Of a stretch of DNA of 57,297 nucleotides, positions 43,554 to 57,064 are shown piece by piece; positions within the stretch are counted from its first letter, which is position 1, and every line of letters begins with the position of its first letter. The translations under genes and the position numbers were made by a program. The stretch is from Macrostomum lignano. Lineage: Eukaryota. The stretch covers positions 1 to 57,297 of the forward strand of contig NIVC01001943.1 in the NCBI GenBank assembly GCA_002269645.1, given 5' to 3'. The notes under the pieces were generated by a model that was not told the origin of the DNA, searched no databases, and saw nothing but the letters and a program-made list of their open reading frames with translations.

Positions 43554-45821
43554 AAAATATTTTCTTGATGTAAGTATTGTGGGTGTAAAAAAAGCAGAAC
43601 AGGCAGAAGACCAAAAATTAGAATTTAAGTGAACAACATTAAATTATGGTAAGGATTATTACTATTAAAATTAGAGGATTATTAAGTTTAAGCGATGAAA
43701 ATACGCGGATTAGAAAAGTAGTATTGAAAGAGTAAAAAGTATTATTTATTCGAACATAAATAAAAACGGTGGAAATGATTTTTTAAAATTTAGTATTAGC
43801 ATTCATACTTCGTCTGTAATCATAGTACTTTAAATCAGTAGCTCATTTTGGGTTTGTAGAATTTAAGTGATTAAGCTGGTGATAATGCATTGGAGAGCCA
43901 CTCATAAGCCAAATTGATATATTATCGGGTTAGCCAATAGCCCTAATACTAAGATGCACAGCACAGGTAGGCTCCTTGCATGCACGCGCTCACAGCTCAC
44001 ACTGCTGCCAATATCAGCAGCAAGCTCAACCGCCTGCAAGTTAGCGATGTGGCAGTCCATTAATGTGGCAGTTGCAGGCCTAAAGTTAAGTAACTCTCAT
44101 GAAGTCATGCACTCATCACTCATGGTCTGTGTTTTTTTGGTTTGTTTTTGTTTTGGCACGGTTTGAGTCTAGCAGTGCTAATATTGAACACTTAGTAATC
44201 TTTTGTAACACTTCGGGTGAAGCACATTTAGTTCCTGTCATATTTATTGTCATTGAAGTCGAAGATCAATTATACCGGTACCGTTTCGACGTATCGTAAT
44301 TATTAAAAAAAGAATCCATATTTGAAAGTTCAACTGTTGTGCCACCTTAGATACATTTTTTCTGGTAAAAAAGTCTTAAATGTTATATGTATTGCAATAA
44401 AACTTAAAAACTCCCCTGATTTTATCATGGACGAGTAAAAAAATCGAAAGGTAAGTTCAGTTTTGTTAATGTTTTCCGTAGCTGTTGACAACAAGAACTC
44501 AGTTACTTTTTATTTAATGTATCGTAAATTTATGATTTTTAAAGTTCATATGAGAATGCAGCCTAATTGTTATTATGAATTGTCATGCATTTAATACAGT
44601 TCTAGAGTAAAGTAAAATTATTCAGACACTTTCTCAAGACCTCAGGCAGTACATTCGCGGCATTCGCCGTGCAATTTTATAATTTTTGGAGGCTAATATC
44701 CATCAAAAATAACAGTGCGGATGCGGAGACAGGAAAAGCGTCATTTTTGCATCACAAAATCAAGCGATAGCATTTGATCTCGGTTAATGAATACTACCAT
44801 TCTTTTAATTTAGGATGCAAAGCATGTCAGTCTGTTGTATTATATACATGTATGTTGCCTGTTGGGTTTAAAAAGTTTTTGCCTAATATAGATTATATAA
44901 TTTAGATTTAATCTGAATATAATTTAGATATAATTCTTTTTTAGATTTTTACAAGCCAAAGGTTATAAATACTCACTAGTGACATTAGTATCAGTAGCCG
45001 AAATATTTTGTTTTGCTTTGTCTTGAAACAAGTATACATATAATGTAGCATATAAAGTGTGAAGAGGGGACACAACAGTAAAAAAATTCATAAGTGTATT
45101 AAAAATGAAAACTAGGATGATGAAACTTATTAACGCGCAACTATTAGCATATAAAATAAAGTAGAGTAACATGTTGTGCACGCTATATTAAAATAATGGT
45201 AGTCTTCATCCTTCAGAATGAAATGCTTTGGGTAATATATTTTGTTAATGATATATTCTCCAGTGTATTTTCACGGAAATCAGCCTCTAAAACAATTACA
45301 GGATCTCTGAATCTGACTGCTTTTATTTAATGTATTGATTGTATTCACAGATCAATGTATCGTGGGTTGCTTTCACAAGCTCGAAATTTCACATCGAAAC
45401 CAGTTATTTTCATAAACTCGAAATTTCACAACCTCGAAAACCATTTTGAACTCGAATAAACTCGATAAACTCGAAAGCAAGTTTAACGGAAAACCAATTT
45501 AAGTATTTATGCACTTTCTGCAGTCCGTCTAGACTGTGTTGTTTATTGCAAAGGCATGCTAGTCTAAATAACGGCGGCAAGGAATGAGTACGTTAGTATT
45601 CCTGAAGTACATGTTCGTAGCAAGGTTTTACAAATTGTAGATACATCTAGACTGCGCATATCTCTAATTCCCCAATCTGGTATGTTCTGAAGTTCTGTCC
45701 CAGTCAGGTGGTATACAGTTACTACAGCAATCGTTAGGTAAGTACATGTAAGTGACTGCAGCAAGGTTTTTTAATGTTTTCAGTATGCCATTTGTTGTAT
45801 TCCCGAATGCAACAAAATCAG

Positions 45822-46545
45822 TTTTAGCGCCGCAGGCACTCATTTTAGCACCACAGGCACTCATTTTAGCACCGCAGGCACTCATTTTAGCACCGCAGGC
45901 ACTCATTTTAGCGCCGCAGGCACTCATTTTAGCGCCGCAGGCACTCATTTTAGCACCACAGGCACTCATTTTAGCGCCGCAGTCACTCATTTTAGCACCG
46001 CAGGCACTCATTTTAGCGCTGCAGGCACTCATTTTAGCGCTGCAGGCACTCATTTTAGCGCCACAGGCACTCATTTTAGCACCGCAGGCACTCATTTTAG
46101 CGCCGCAGACACTCATTTTAGCGCCACAGGCACTCATTTTAGCACCGCAGGCACTCATTTTAGCGCCACAGGCACTCATTTTAGCGCCACAGGCACTCAT
46201 TTTAGCACCGCAGGCACTCATTTTAGCGCCACAGGCACTCATTTTAGCGCCACAGGCACTCATTTTAGCACCGCAGGCACTCATTTTAGCGCTGCAGGCA
46301 CTCATTTTAGCGCTGCAGGCACTCATTTTAGCGCCGCAGGCACTCATTTTAGCGCTGCAGGCACTCATTTTAGCGCCACAGGCACTCATTTTAGCACCGC
46401 AGGCACTCATTTTAGCGCCGCAGGCACTCATTTTAGCACCGCAGGCACTCATTTTAGCGCTGCAGGCACTCATTTTAGCGCTGCAGGCACTCATTTTAGC
46501 GCCACAGGCACTCATTTTAGCACCGCAGGCACTCATTTTAGCACT
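45822..46545. repeat. 21-bp minisatellite
   Basis: GCAGGCACTCATTTTAGCGCC, about 34 copies. Confidence 0.97.
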
Positions 46546-47886
46546 AAAAGTAAGCACTGGTATTTTGGCCTTAGAAAAGAATACCGACAGGCAACTCATT
46601 TTTAGGATATATAGGATGCCCGGCGCTTCAGCTTGGCCGGCTCTTACGCCACTATGTATTATTATATTTCAAATATTTTTACAGTATTGGTTACAGTTTG
46701 TATATAATGGTGTGCGAGTAATAAAGCAGTGCATCAATATAAATAAATCGAAGTACAGTATAAAATAAATCGAATAAAAGTAGAGAATTGATATTTGAAA
46801 ACTGATATGTATTGAATTGTAAAATAGGATTTGACATTATGGAATTAAAAGATATCTCAGTTATTAGGCAATAAAATATTGATTACTATTGTGATGGATT
46901 TAAGTAGTAAAAAATAGTTTACAGGTATTGTCATGGATACAGAGTAATAAGTGACTGTGGATATCAGTTAATTGCTCATTAATTGGTAACGTATGTAAAC
47001 AGTCAACATTCAGTGTAAATTTATAGCGTAGCATGACTAGAGAGCTTTATGGTTGCTATAGCGAAGATATTAAAATTGTCAATGTTAGTCAGTTAATTCT
47101 GTTTTCACTGAACTAAAGTTACTAAACCAATAATTAAACTGGTTTTAAATAAGCATTCATATGCTTCTCACTTTCAACTCGTTTTGCTATGGTGACAAAA
47201 GTATCCAGGTATCCAGGTGCAGATTTGTGGTGCCCCTATGGCATCGCAGCGGCCAGGCCATAGGCGTTGAATATCCTGGGCCCCAGGTCCGGCTAGATTA
47301 AAAAGCCGGCAGCCCAGAGCTCCGGCAACGGCAGAGCGCGCTCGAAGCCCTCGTAGCGATCGGGCAGAATCTGAGTGAGAGTGCAAAATGTTTTTAACTG
47401 GTTAGTTTTGTCTTCGTTACATATTGCTGAAGATTCTGGAGGGTAAAGACCCAGGGTGGATTCTGGAGGGTATTTGCTTAAGACGAACGAGTCAATTGTG
47501 GATGGAATGTACTTATCTGTTGTAGTAGGATGCAATAACTCGTAGGATGGTAGGATGCAGTGCCGCCAAGTATCAGAACGTAGCCGAGTGGCCAAACCAA
47601 GGCTGCTGGGGGCTGGAATTGAACTTAATTGGTTGCATTGAACAGCAGTCCTAAGTAATATTTTTTTAATGTAAATCGTAACAGTGTGCAATGCTTTTTT
47701 ACTGATTACAACTTGCCAAGCTTATACTATGGTATGATCAATAAATAAGGAAGAAATTGAAGGCAAAGATTTTTAATCCAAAAAGGGGGCTGGGTAAGAA
47801 CCCTCGGGCGAACCATTTTACTTAATGCAAAACTAAACAAAACAACAAAGAACAAGCACTTCAAACCATTTCGCCCCGAGGGTTCA

Positions 47887-48185
47887 TATCTGATTGTAGG
47901 GAAAGTTCTCGGAATTGTCTGTCTGTCTGTCCTTCTGTGTGTCTGTATGTATGTCTGTATCGGTTCGCCTGCCTGTCAGTCTGTCTGTCCTTCTGTATGT
48001 CTGTCTGTATCGGTCTGTCTGCCTGTCTCTCCTTCTGTATGTCTGTCTGTCCTTCTGTATGTCTGCCTGTCTCTCGGCCTGTCTGTCTGTCTGTCTGTGT
48101 CTGTATGTATGTCTGTATCGGTTCGCCTGCCTGTCAGTCTGTTAAAATGTTAAAAAATTCCGAAAACTCTCCCCACAATCAGATA
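47887..48185. mobile_element. MITE-like element: 30-bp TIRs enclosing a (TCTG)n microsatellite
   Basis: TATCTGATTGTAGGGAAAGTTCTCGGAATT (47887-47916) pairs with AATTCCGAAAACTCTCCCCACAATCAGATA (48156-48185), 3 mismatches. Confidence 0.7.
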
Positions 48186-48238
48186 GCCCAGCCCACCCAG
48201 CGCAATTTTACACAATTTTACAATTTTACGCAAAGTTT

Positions 48239-51200
48239 TTAAAGCCGCAGGCCGCTGCTGCGGAGGCGCCGAATGCGGCGGCGCTGAGCCAGCGGCGGCG
48301 GTGGTGGCGGTGGCGCCGGTGGTGGTGGCGGTGGCGCCGGTGGTGGTGGCGGTGGCGCCGGCGGTGGTGGCGCCGGCGGCGGTGGCACTTGATCCTGATC
48401 CTGATCCATCTGGAAAAGAAACCAGAGTTGAGTGAAAAAAACCATTTTTCGCACCATCTTGAAACCATAATGATGAATTGCGTCACTTAAAACATGATGC
48501 TAGTGTATGTCTAGAAACCATAGTGCACATGTCCTCCTCATACTAATTTTAGTAGCCTACTCTTCCTAGTTGTCTCGCAGGTCACTCAGATACTCAGGGT
48601 GAACCTCCTGGATTTAAAGGTCTGTGTTCAGTATATTGCTTGTGTATAGGAAAAATTTGTGTGCTTTGGGAGCACTAGAAACGGTGGGAAAGAGAAAAGT
48701 GGATGGCTATGTAATCCTACTAAATTAGTTACGCCATGAAGATTTTAACATTAAGATTCGCATAAGGTAATTTTTTAAATCTAAATGGCCTCCTAAAAAT
48801 GCATGTTTCCTTGGTTGTTACACTGCCGCAGACTGTGATGGAGCTGGAGATACACAAATTCCTCTTAGGGCTGCTGATTGATTAGTTTCAATATTTAAGT
48901 TTTAATTTCAAGTTGAAATAGGAAGTTTCAACTCTGTAACTCAACCGAAAAAGAAACTGTAAGCATGTGAAGTTTGTCTGCTTTTTCTGTTGTTTTTGCC
49001 ACTCACTCACTCATTCCCCCAGCCCAGACGAAGGGTCAGGCGATAGGGCTGAATGTACATAGCAAATGTACCGTGTTTTAGAATAACTTTTTAATAGCCT
49101 TCTGTGTACCCCGCGCGTGGAAAGGCTACGTTTAGCCATGACAGTTTAGTGAGAAATTCTAACCACTGTCCTCTGTATTGGCAAACTCTGCAGCAGTTTA
49201 ACAGTGGATGGCAAATCGAGGGAATTCAGCATGGTTTGTAAAAGCGAAAGATTTATGAAAAGGCGATGCAATGCAATACAACCCTACTAAATTAGTCACA
49301 CCATGGAAATTTTAGGTTTCTCTTAAAAGTACTTTGAATTTTAAATTTCCTCCTAAGAAATGCGTATTTCCTTTGTTGTTAAACTGCTGCAGACTGCAGT
49401 GGAGATGAAAATACACAAATTCCTTTCAGGACTGCAAATTGGCAAGAAAGAAGACATGATCAAAGCATGAGAACAGCCATGAGAGTACTAAGAGAGGAAA
49501 GAAGACGGGAGAGAGAGCAGAGGAGAGACAACGGGAGAGAAGTGGAGTAAGACAGACACTAAGAAAGACATTGGGACAGACACTAAGATAGACACTAGGA
49601 TAGATAACAGATATGACAGAAATAACTATATATAGCTTATTACTAAATATATATATATAGCTTATTATGAACTGTAAATATCCACCTATAATAAATGTCT
49701 AAGTCTGTTATAACTAAATGCGCATAGCTTAAAACTCACTATATATGCTTATAACTAAGCAAATATTGGTTATTATGAAGCGTATTATCAGAGTAAGACT
49801 CTAGGAAGTCGAACAATTTTAAAGTTCAAAATGCCATCCACAATTTGTGCAAGCGAAAATCACAATCAAAAAAACGTGGCGCCAAGTCTTATGACGCTCG
49901 TTAAAAGATTAATCTAATATATTCCATTGAAAAAACTTGATATCGTGCGCTTGCAGCAAAACTGAATTTTACTAAGAATTATTCAAACAGTGGCATTTTC
50001 GCTTTAAAATTATTCGATTCCTTGAACTTACCTGTATTTAAAGACAAATTAAAAATAACCAAGTATAGCCGTTAAGCTTGCGCTCAAATATTTATACTCT
50101 ATGCAGGCCTATGCTTAAAATGAGACAAGGATAGAATTTTCTTTCCAGCTCTTTATATAAGCTCCTTGATACTGGTGAATAAAGCCACAAATTAACTTAC
50201 ACCGTGGGTGGTGGCCGTCGTTGAATCAAAAAGCGAGAGGCTCATTAATCAAAGGGAGGGGTTGGCTTGCCTAACTCACCGTGGGAGAATTCTCATTGGC
50301 CCGCGTGCTCAGTTTTGGGGTGGGTGTAGAACGGTGGCCCTCTCTCAATGTACGATAACTCCTAGTAGGCTGCTTGCAAGTCAGCGTTCAAACTTTTATG
50401 GGAAAACTATTCGACTATATATAATATACTAGAATTTAGAATTAGAATTTATAATGTATATTAGTACATATAGAATATATACGAGCGTATGGTCAGACAC
50501 ACAAGACAGACAAATCTGCTGACTCATCAGTTCAAGTGCTTGGAAGGTCAGTTTGTCATTGTGGGGGGACAGAATACTCTCAAGTCGCAATCAGATAGCT
50601 CGTAGTAGGACAGTAGTTGAATTCCTTACTGTACTGTCATGGCTTAACGTTACCAGAGAAGGCTATAAAAAATTATTTCAACTTTCCCTCACAGTTATCC
50701 CTATCACCTGATCCTTGTCTGGGGGAAGGGTGGCTGTCTTGCTGACGAAAAGCAGACTAACTTTAAAAGCTTTAAAAGCGCGGGAAAGCTCGAATTGGCG
50801 CCGGAAGCTAAATTTGGCGCCAGGATCCCCAAATTGGCGCCAGGATCGCCGAATCTGTCTGTCTGCCCGTTTATCTGTCCTTCTCCGTGTTTTTCTGTCT
50901 CTCTGTGTGTCTGTACAGGTGTCTGGACTGTACATGTATGTGTCCAAAAAATTAAATTTTGTGTGTTGAAAAACAAATGGTGTCCTATGGCAACTTACCA
51001 ATGATGGAAGGGCTGGCCGCCTCGCCCTCGTCCCCCTCGCCCTCGTCCCCCTCGTCCTCGTCCCCCGCCTCGCCCGCCCCGCAAGCCGAATCCAGTATTT
51101 CTGTAAAGTTCAAAAGTCGCAATGTAAGTTTTTTTGAGAGGCGCGCAATTTGTTCTATCAAGATATTTCGGGTGGGGCGGGGATGGGACGTGAATAAGGT

Positions 51201-54200
51201 CTCTGATAGCGAGAACATTAGAACCAGAGAACAAGTGTAAGTTTTACTCTGAGAACTGTTGTTTATTTCATTTATAGTAAATTGCTTATTAACTCTAAAC
51301 TGCTCAGCTTTTGATGCACAGAGACGTTATACATAAACTATAGTTGTGTTGTGTATGAGGCTATTCTGAGATTAACATGAGGAAATCAGATAGGAAGATA
51401 TGACATTCAGGGATAAGGATGTGAGAATCAGGAAATCTGGAGATTCGGGGATGCCTTCTCTGACCAGCTACTCCAAGTAGACAGCTACGAAATGTGTCGA
51501 TTTTAGATTTTAGATTTTGGGTTCTGAAGGGGCATCCACTGAAGGATCTGAGGGGGCACCCACTGAAGGACCTGAGGGACCAGCCAGTGCAGCCACTGAA
51601 GGAACTGCTGGGCATCTAAAAGGTGTTTGACAGTGCTGAGAATTAATGAGGTCTTTAGCATAGAGGGGGAGGGATTTTACACCTGAAAATCTGAAATCTC
51701 CTACGATCTGCGAGCAGCTTCACTTCTGATCCCTGCAGCCCTATAGCCTTCTTTTGCTAGCCTGCATATGTATAAGGTATCACCCCATGGACTGATTTAT
51801 CTGGACCACATACAATACTGAGGACTGTGTTGATGGGCCGAGACGAAGCCGATCTAGTTACGATTTAAATCGTAAATGAAAGAAATTAGACTGCATATTT
51901 AGGAGTATACATTTTAGCATTCAATATTTGAAAAATATCTTACCCAGCCAGCTGGCCCAGCAGCTGGGCTTGGAGCAGCTGCAGGCGGGCGACGGTTTGC
52001 ATCTGGAAATAAATTAATATTTACACAAATAAGCTTGCTGAATTTAATTCTGTGTAATGTAATGTCCTAGTGCATGACCATCAATCTGAAAGCTCAGTAA
52101 AGCTTATTCTAACTTGAGACTGTGTCTGGAATCTGAGATCTGGAACCTGAAATCTGGAATCTGAGATCTGGGATCTGGAACCTGAAATCTGGAATCTGAG
52201 ATCTAGATAGCAAAGATATATATAGAAATGATTTAGGCAGCAAATGCACGTACTAATGTCTCTCGTTTGCGGACGCGGGCCCAGCGGCGGCCCGCCCGCC
52301 GTCTGGCAGCCGCCTCCGCCGGTGCTGCCTCCGCCGGTGCTGCCTCCGCCTCCGCCGGAGCCGCCGCCGCCGCCGGAGCCGGAGCCGCCGCCGCCGCCGG
52401 AGCCGCCGGAGCCGCCGCCGGAGCCGCCGCCGGAGCCGCCGGAGCCGCCGCCGGAGCTGCCGGCGCTGCCTCCGCCGGAGCCGCCGCCGGAGCTGCCTCC
52501 GGAGCTGCCTCCGGAGCTGCCTCCGGAGCTGCCTCCGGAGCTGCCTCCGGAGCTGTCTCCGCCGCCGCCGGAGCTGCCTCCGCCGCAGCCTCCGACTCGG
52601 CGGCCCAGTCAACAGGGCCCCTTTTTGGGGCCCTCTTTTTATTCCTTTTTGCCATTGCTGCAAATGATTACAGAAATTCTATTATATAAAATTCTAATCC
52701 TTTCGAAATTTATATTTTTATATACTAAATATGGGAGAAATGGAAGAAGTGACAGATAGGGTGAATAGGGAAAAATGGGAGAGAAGTGACCTATAGGGTG
52801 AATAGGGAAAAGAAATGGGAGAGAAGTGAGAGCTGGGGTGCATTGGGAGATGGGAGAGAGATGATACACGATAGAGGAGGGAGTCAGTAGAAAGAAAGAG
52901 GAGACAGAGAAGAGAAGAGGGAGTTGGAGTCGTGTGAGTTCTAATACACAGGTATTTTCATGAGAAAACAAGACATTAAGAATATATGCACAATATAGGT
53001 AATGACTGTTGTATTTTGTATATTTAAAAGTTTAGAATCCCGGGATCTGGGATCTGAAATCTGAGACTGGGATCTGAGATCTGAAATCTGGGATCTGAGA
53101 TCTGATATATGAAATCTGAGATCTGAAATCGGGGAGATCTGGGATTTAATTAACTAGCTATATACTAACTGTGATTGTTAGCCAACCGTGTTTTTGTGAA
53201 CAGGGTTGTTGCCTCTCCTGCACCACGCAGAGGTCATCACAACGCAGGAGTGGGGATCTGGATGTATGCAAAGTGACAATAATTACCCCAGCAAAGTATA
53301 CAGAATTGATTTGCAAAGTGGGCAAAGTCACAGCAGTGAACCAGATCTTCTGCCACAGCATTTTCTGCAAAGCGGCCAGTCTTGCAAAGAGACTGAGGAT
53401 TGCTTTACTGAGTATAACATCAGTTAAGTTTAAAACAGACAGTTTTTTGGCTCTTAATTCGAATAGATGCATGCTTAACTATAGCGAAAAGCAGCCGAGC
53501 GGCCAAATAAACTGATAGTAGTCGGATTGGCTCTCGTCTCTATAGCTGAATGAGACATACCTGTTTGATTACTGTTAACACTTGAGACGCAGGCGTTAGT
53601 CAGTACAATAGCAGCTCCCTGCGGCTGCGCTTGCACTGTTGCACTGCTGTTTTCCATGTGAAAAAATTCTCGATAAGCACTGATTCCAGGTCCAAGCTCG
53701 TAGTTATCAAACTCATCAGGTTTGTCTGCCGGGATGTTCACTTCAGCACTCGTGGCTGGTGTTGCAGTAGCCGTGGCAGGTGTTGCAGTTGCAGCGGCCG
53801 TGGCAGGTGTAGCAGTTGCAGCGGCCGTGGCAGGTGTAGCAGTTGCAGCGGCCGTGGCAGGTGTAGCAGTTGCAGCGGCCGTGGCAGGTGTAGCGGCGCT
53901 CGAATGCCCTGCACTTTCAATAAGATCAGAATGTTGGTAATTGACAAATACCAGATCCGTATTTTCCAACTTTTCAACCAACTGAACACATTCCGCCCTG
54001 TTTAAATGATGGGGTGACTTGAAATCGAGAGAAAATCTTCCGCGTGCAAATCTGGTTTTGTTTCGCTTGTCACTCTCCATTTGCTTCCATGGAATCGGGC
54101 CTCTGTTTCCAGCTCTCTTGAAAGCAGTCGTTGCTTTCTCCTGGATTGACAGTCTCAGCTTCTTCACATCACGAAAAGCGTTGGAAGGTCCGGTAGCTTC

Positions 54201-54774
54201 AGCTCGAACTGATGCTTCTGTCGTAGCTTCCATTCGGGCTTGAGAGGCGATTTTTTCTTCTCGATAATATTCCTCTCCTTTCTTGATGATATCAGAAAGC
54301 TGTTTCACCGCTGCAGTTAATTCCTCTTGAACTCGGGAAGATACTCCATCAGATACGTAACATTCGGGCATATCTGTTGGTATGGATGGAGGAATAACGA
54401 CGCAGAAAGATTTTTGAGCTCGTTTCAAGTCGACCAGAATGCTGCTTTTAAAATCTCTCGGACGATCTTTAGCCCTCTGCCTAAGAGCGTTTTTCTCGTC
54501 CTGCGTAAGAGCCTGGTATTCAGCCTTGAGGGCAGGTGTCCATTCTAAAAGTAATTGTGGAATGTATGGGATATACAGGAATCGTAGATTCAGATTCAGA
54601 CGGACACACAGAGAGACAGACAGACGGACAGACAGACAGACGGACACTCTGACAGACAGACACTCTGACAGACAGACACTTTGACAGACAGACAGACAGA
54701 CAGACAGAAAGACGGACAGACACTCTGACAGACACAGACAGACAGACAGACGGACAGAAAAACAGACACACTCT

Positions 54775-54816
<42 letters not shown>

Positions 54817-55461
54817 AAGACAGAAATACAGACAGACAGAAAGACAGCCATACAGACAGACAGACAGAAAGACGGACAGACACTCTGACAGACAGACAGA
54901 CAGACAGAAAAACAGACACACTCTGACAGGCAGACAGACAGACAGACAGACAGAAAGACAGAAATACAGACAGACAGAAAGACAGACATACAGACAGACA
55001 GACAGACAGAAAGACAGACGTACAAACAGACAGACAGACAGACAGACAGAAATACAGACAGACAGACATACAGACAGACAGACAGAAAGACAGACATACA
55101 AACTGGGTTTTTTCGTCCATAACTTGGGTGCGATTTCGCACCCTGTGCTAGATTTCAGGGTGCGATTTTCAAGACCAGAATGCGCTGCACTGCTGCAGAC
55201 AAAAACTTGCAAATATTTGGGTGCGCTTTTTGCACCCTGAGTCAAATTTCAGGGTGCGATTTTTAAGACCAGGATGCTATTCGCACCCATTCGCACAAAA
55301 AAAACCCAGCATACAAACAGACAGACAGACAGAAAGACAGAAATACAGACAGACAGACAGACCTGAAATCTGGAATCTGAGATCTAAGATCTGAGATCTA
55401 GATAACGAAGATATATATAGACAGATATATATAGACAGACAGAGAGACGGACAGACACTCT

Positions 55462-55492
<31 letters not shown>

Positions 55493-55657
55493 GGACACCC
55501 TGACAGACAGACAGACGCTGACAGACAGACAGAAAGACGGACAGACACTGACAGACAGACAGACAGACAGACACACTCTGACAGACATACAGACAGACAG
55601 ACAGACACATACAGACAGACAGACCATGACAGACAGACAGAAAGACGGACAGACACT

Positions 55658-55697
<40 letters not shown>

Positions 55698-55781
55698 CAC
55701 TCTGACAGACATACAGACAGACAGACAGACACATACAGACAGACAGACCATGACAGACAGACAGAAAGACGGACAGACACT

Positions 55782-55823
<42 letters not shown>

Positions 55824-56099
55824 AAGACGGACAGACACTCTGACAGACAGACAGAAAAACAGACACACTCTGACAGGCAGACAGACAGACAGACAGACAG
55901 AAAGACAGAAATACAGACAGACAGACAGACCTGAAATCTGGAATCTGAGATCTAAGATCTGAGATCTAGATAACGAAGATATATATAGACAGACAGAGAG
56001 ACGGACAGACACTCTGACAGACAGACAGACAGACAGACAGACGGACACCCTGACAGACAGACAGACGCTGACAGACAGACAGAAAGACGGACAGACACT

Positions 56100-56159
<60 letters not shown>

Positions 56160-56243
56160 CACTCTGACAGACATACAGACAGACAGACAGACACATACCG
56201 ACAGACAGACCATGACAGACAGACAGAAAGACGGACAGACACT

Positions 56244-56302
<59 letters not shown>

Positions 56303-56594
56303 CGGACAGACACTCTGAAGACAGACAGACACTCTGACAGACAGACAGACACATACAGACAGACAGACAGACGGACAGACAGGCAGTAAGACAGACATAC
56401 AGACAGACAGACAGACACTAAGACAGACAGACAGACAGACGGACAGACACTCTGACAGACGGACAGACAGACAAAAGACAGACATACAGACACGACACAG
56501 GGATAACTAGAAATATTTGACCAGACTAAAAATTTTTACTCACTTGCACCTCCGTGCTCGCTCAAAAACTGTGTGGCTGCCGTGTGAACCATAT
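48239..56594 (-). CDS. Predicted 7-exon antisense gene, about 600 aa: HMG-like helix, GTF2I-like repeat, Ala/Thr/Pro repeats, RGG, poly-Pro
   Basis: Exons 56594-56544 (ATG at 56592), 54544-53561, 52657-52254, 52002-51944, 51100-50999, 50741-50708 and 48409-48239. All introns are GT-AG and phases (1,1,0,2,2,0) chain to 1803 nt. An alternative terminal exon at 51615-51510 also fits phase 2. The large exon 54544-53561 is well supported; the small exons less so. Confidence 0.62.
48712..49437. repeat. Two diverged direct repeats of about 160 bp
   Basis: CCTACTAAATTAGT..CCATG...CCTCCTAA..AATGC...GCAGACTG...ATACACAAATTCCT at about 48712-48875 and about 49282-49437. Confidence 0.7.
54595..56490. repeat. 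Compound (GACA)n microsatellite region with internal block duplications
   Basis: Direct reading. It fills intron 1 of the antisense gene. Confidence 0.97.
55103..55309. mobile_element. 207-bp MITE with 8-bp TSD (hAT-like)
   Basis: CATACAAA|CTGGGTTTTTT...AAAAAACCCAG|CATACAAA (TSD at 55095-55102 and 55310-55317). The interior has a duplicated GGGTGCG..GCACCC...TTTCAGGGTGCGATTTT block. Confidence 0.78.
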
Positions 56595-57064
56595 CTGAGA
56601 GTAAAAGTTGTAGGGAATAATTTCTCTTACGACTGTGTAATAAACAACAACAGAAAAACTGTTTTGTTGAGCATGATTCTACCCTAGAATCCCTGTAATT
56701 ATTTATTACGCTGAATTGTAGTTCACTTAAAAATACACACAAACAACGCGTCAGTTTAGTTTTTGGAATCATAGAGTTTTAATTAGACTTTGGAATATTT
56801 AATGACTTAGATCATAGCGATTCAAACTAAGGCCCTCAATATAAAATCACTGAAATTTGCAGAATATGACAACGATCACTTAGCTAAGCTACTTAGTACT
56901 TTTTGTACTTTTTTGTCTTGATCGCCTGTCTGTCTTAAAATTGCCCAGCGATTAAAATTCGCTGGAGCTGGAGTGGCGACACTGCACCCGATTTAAAATT
57001 CAAATCAATTACGCTTCTTTATTCTAGAAATTCAATTTCTTCCAAAGTCTCTAAAAGTCTCTTG

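Noticed and set aside
47174-47691. Minus-strand ORFs as further exons or a transposase
   Set aside because: No recognisable motif, and no phase-compatible splice chain was found.
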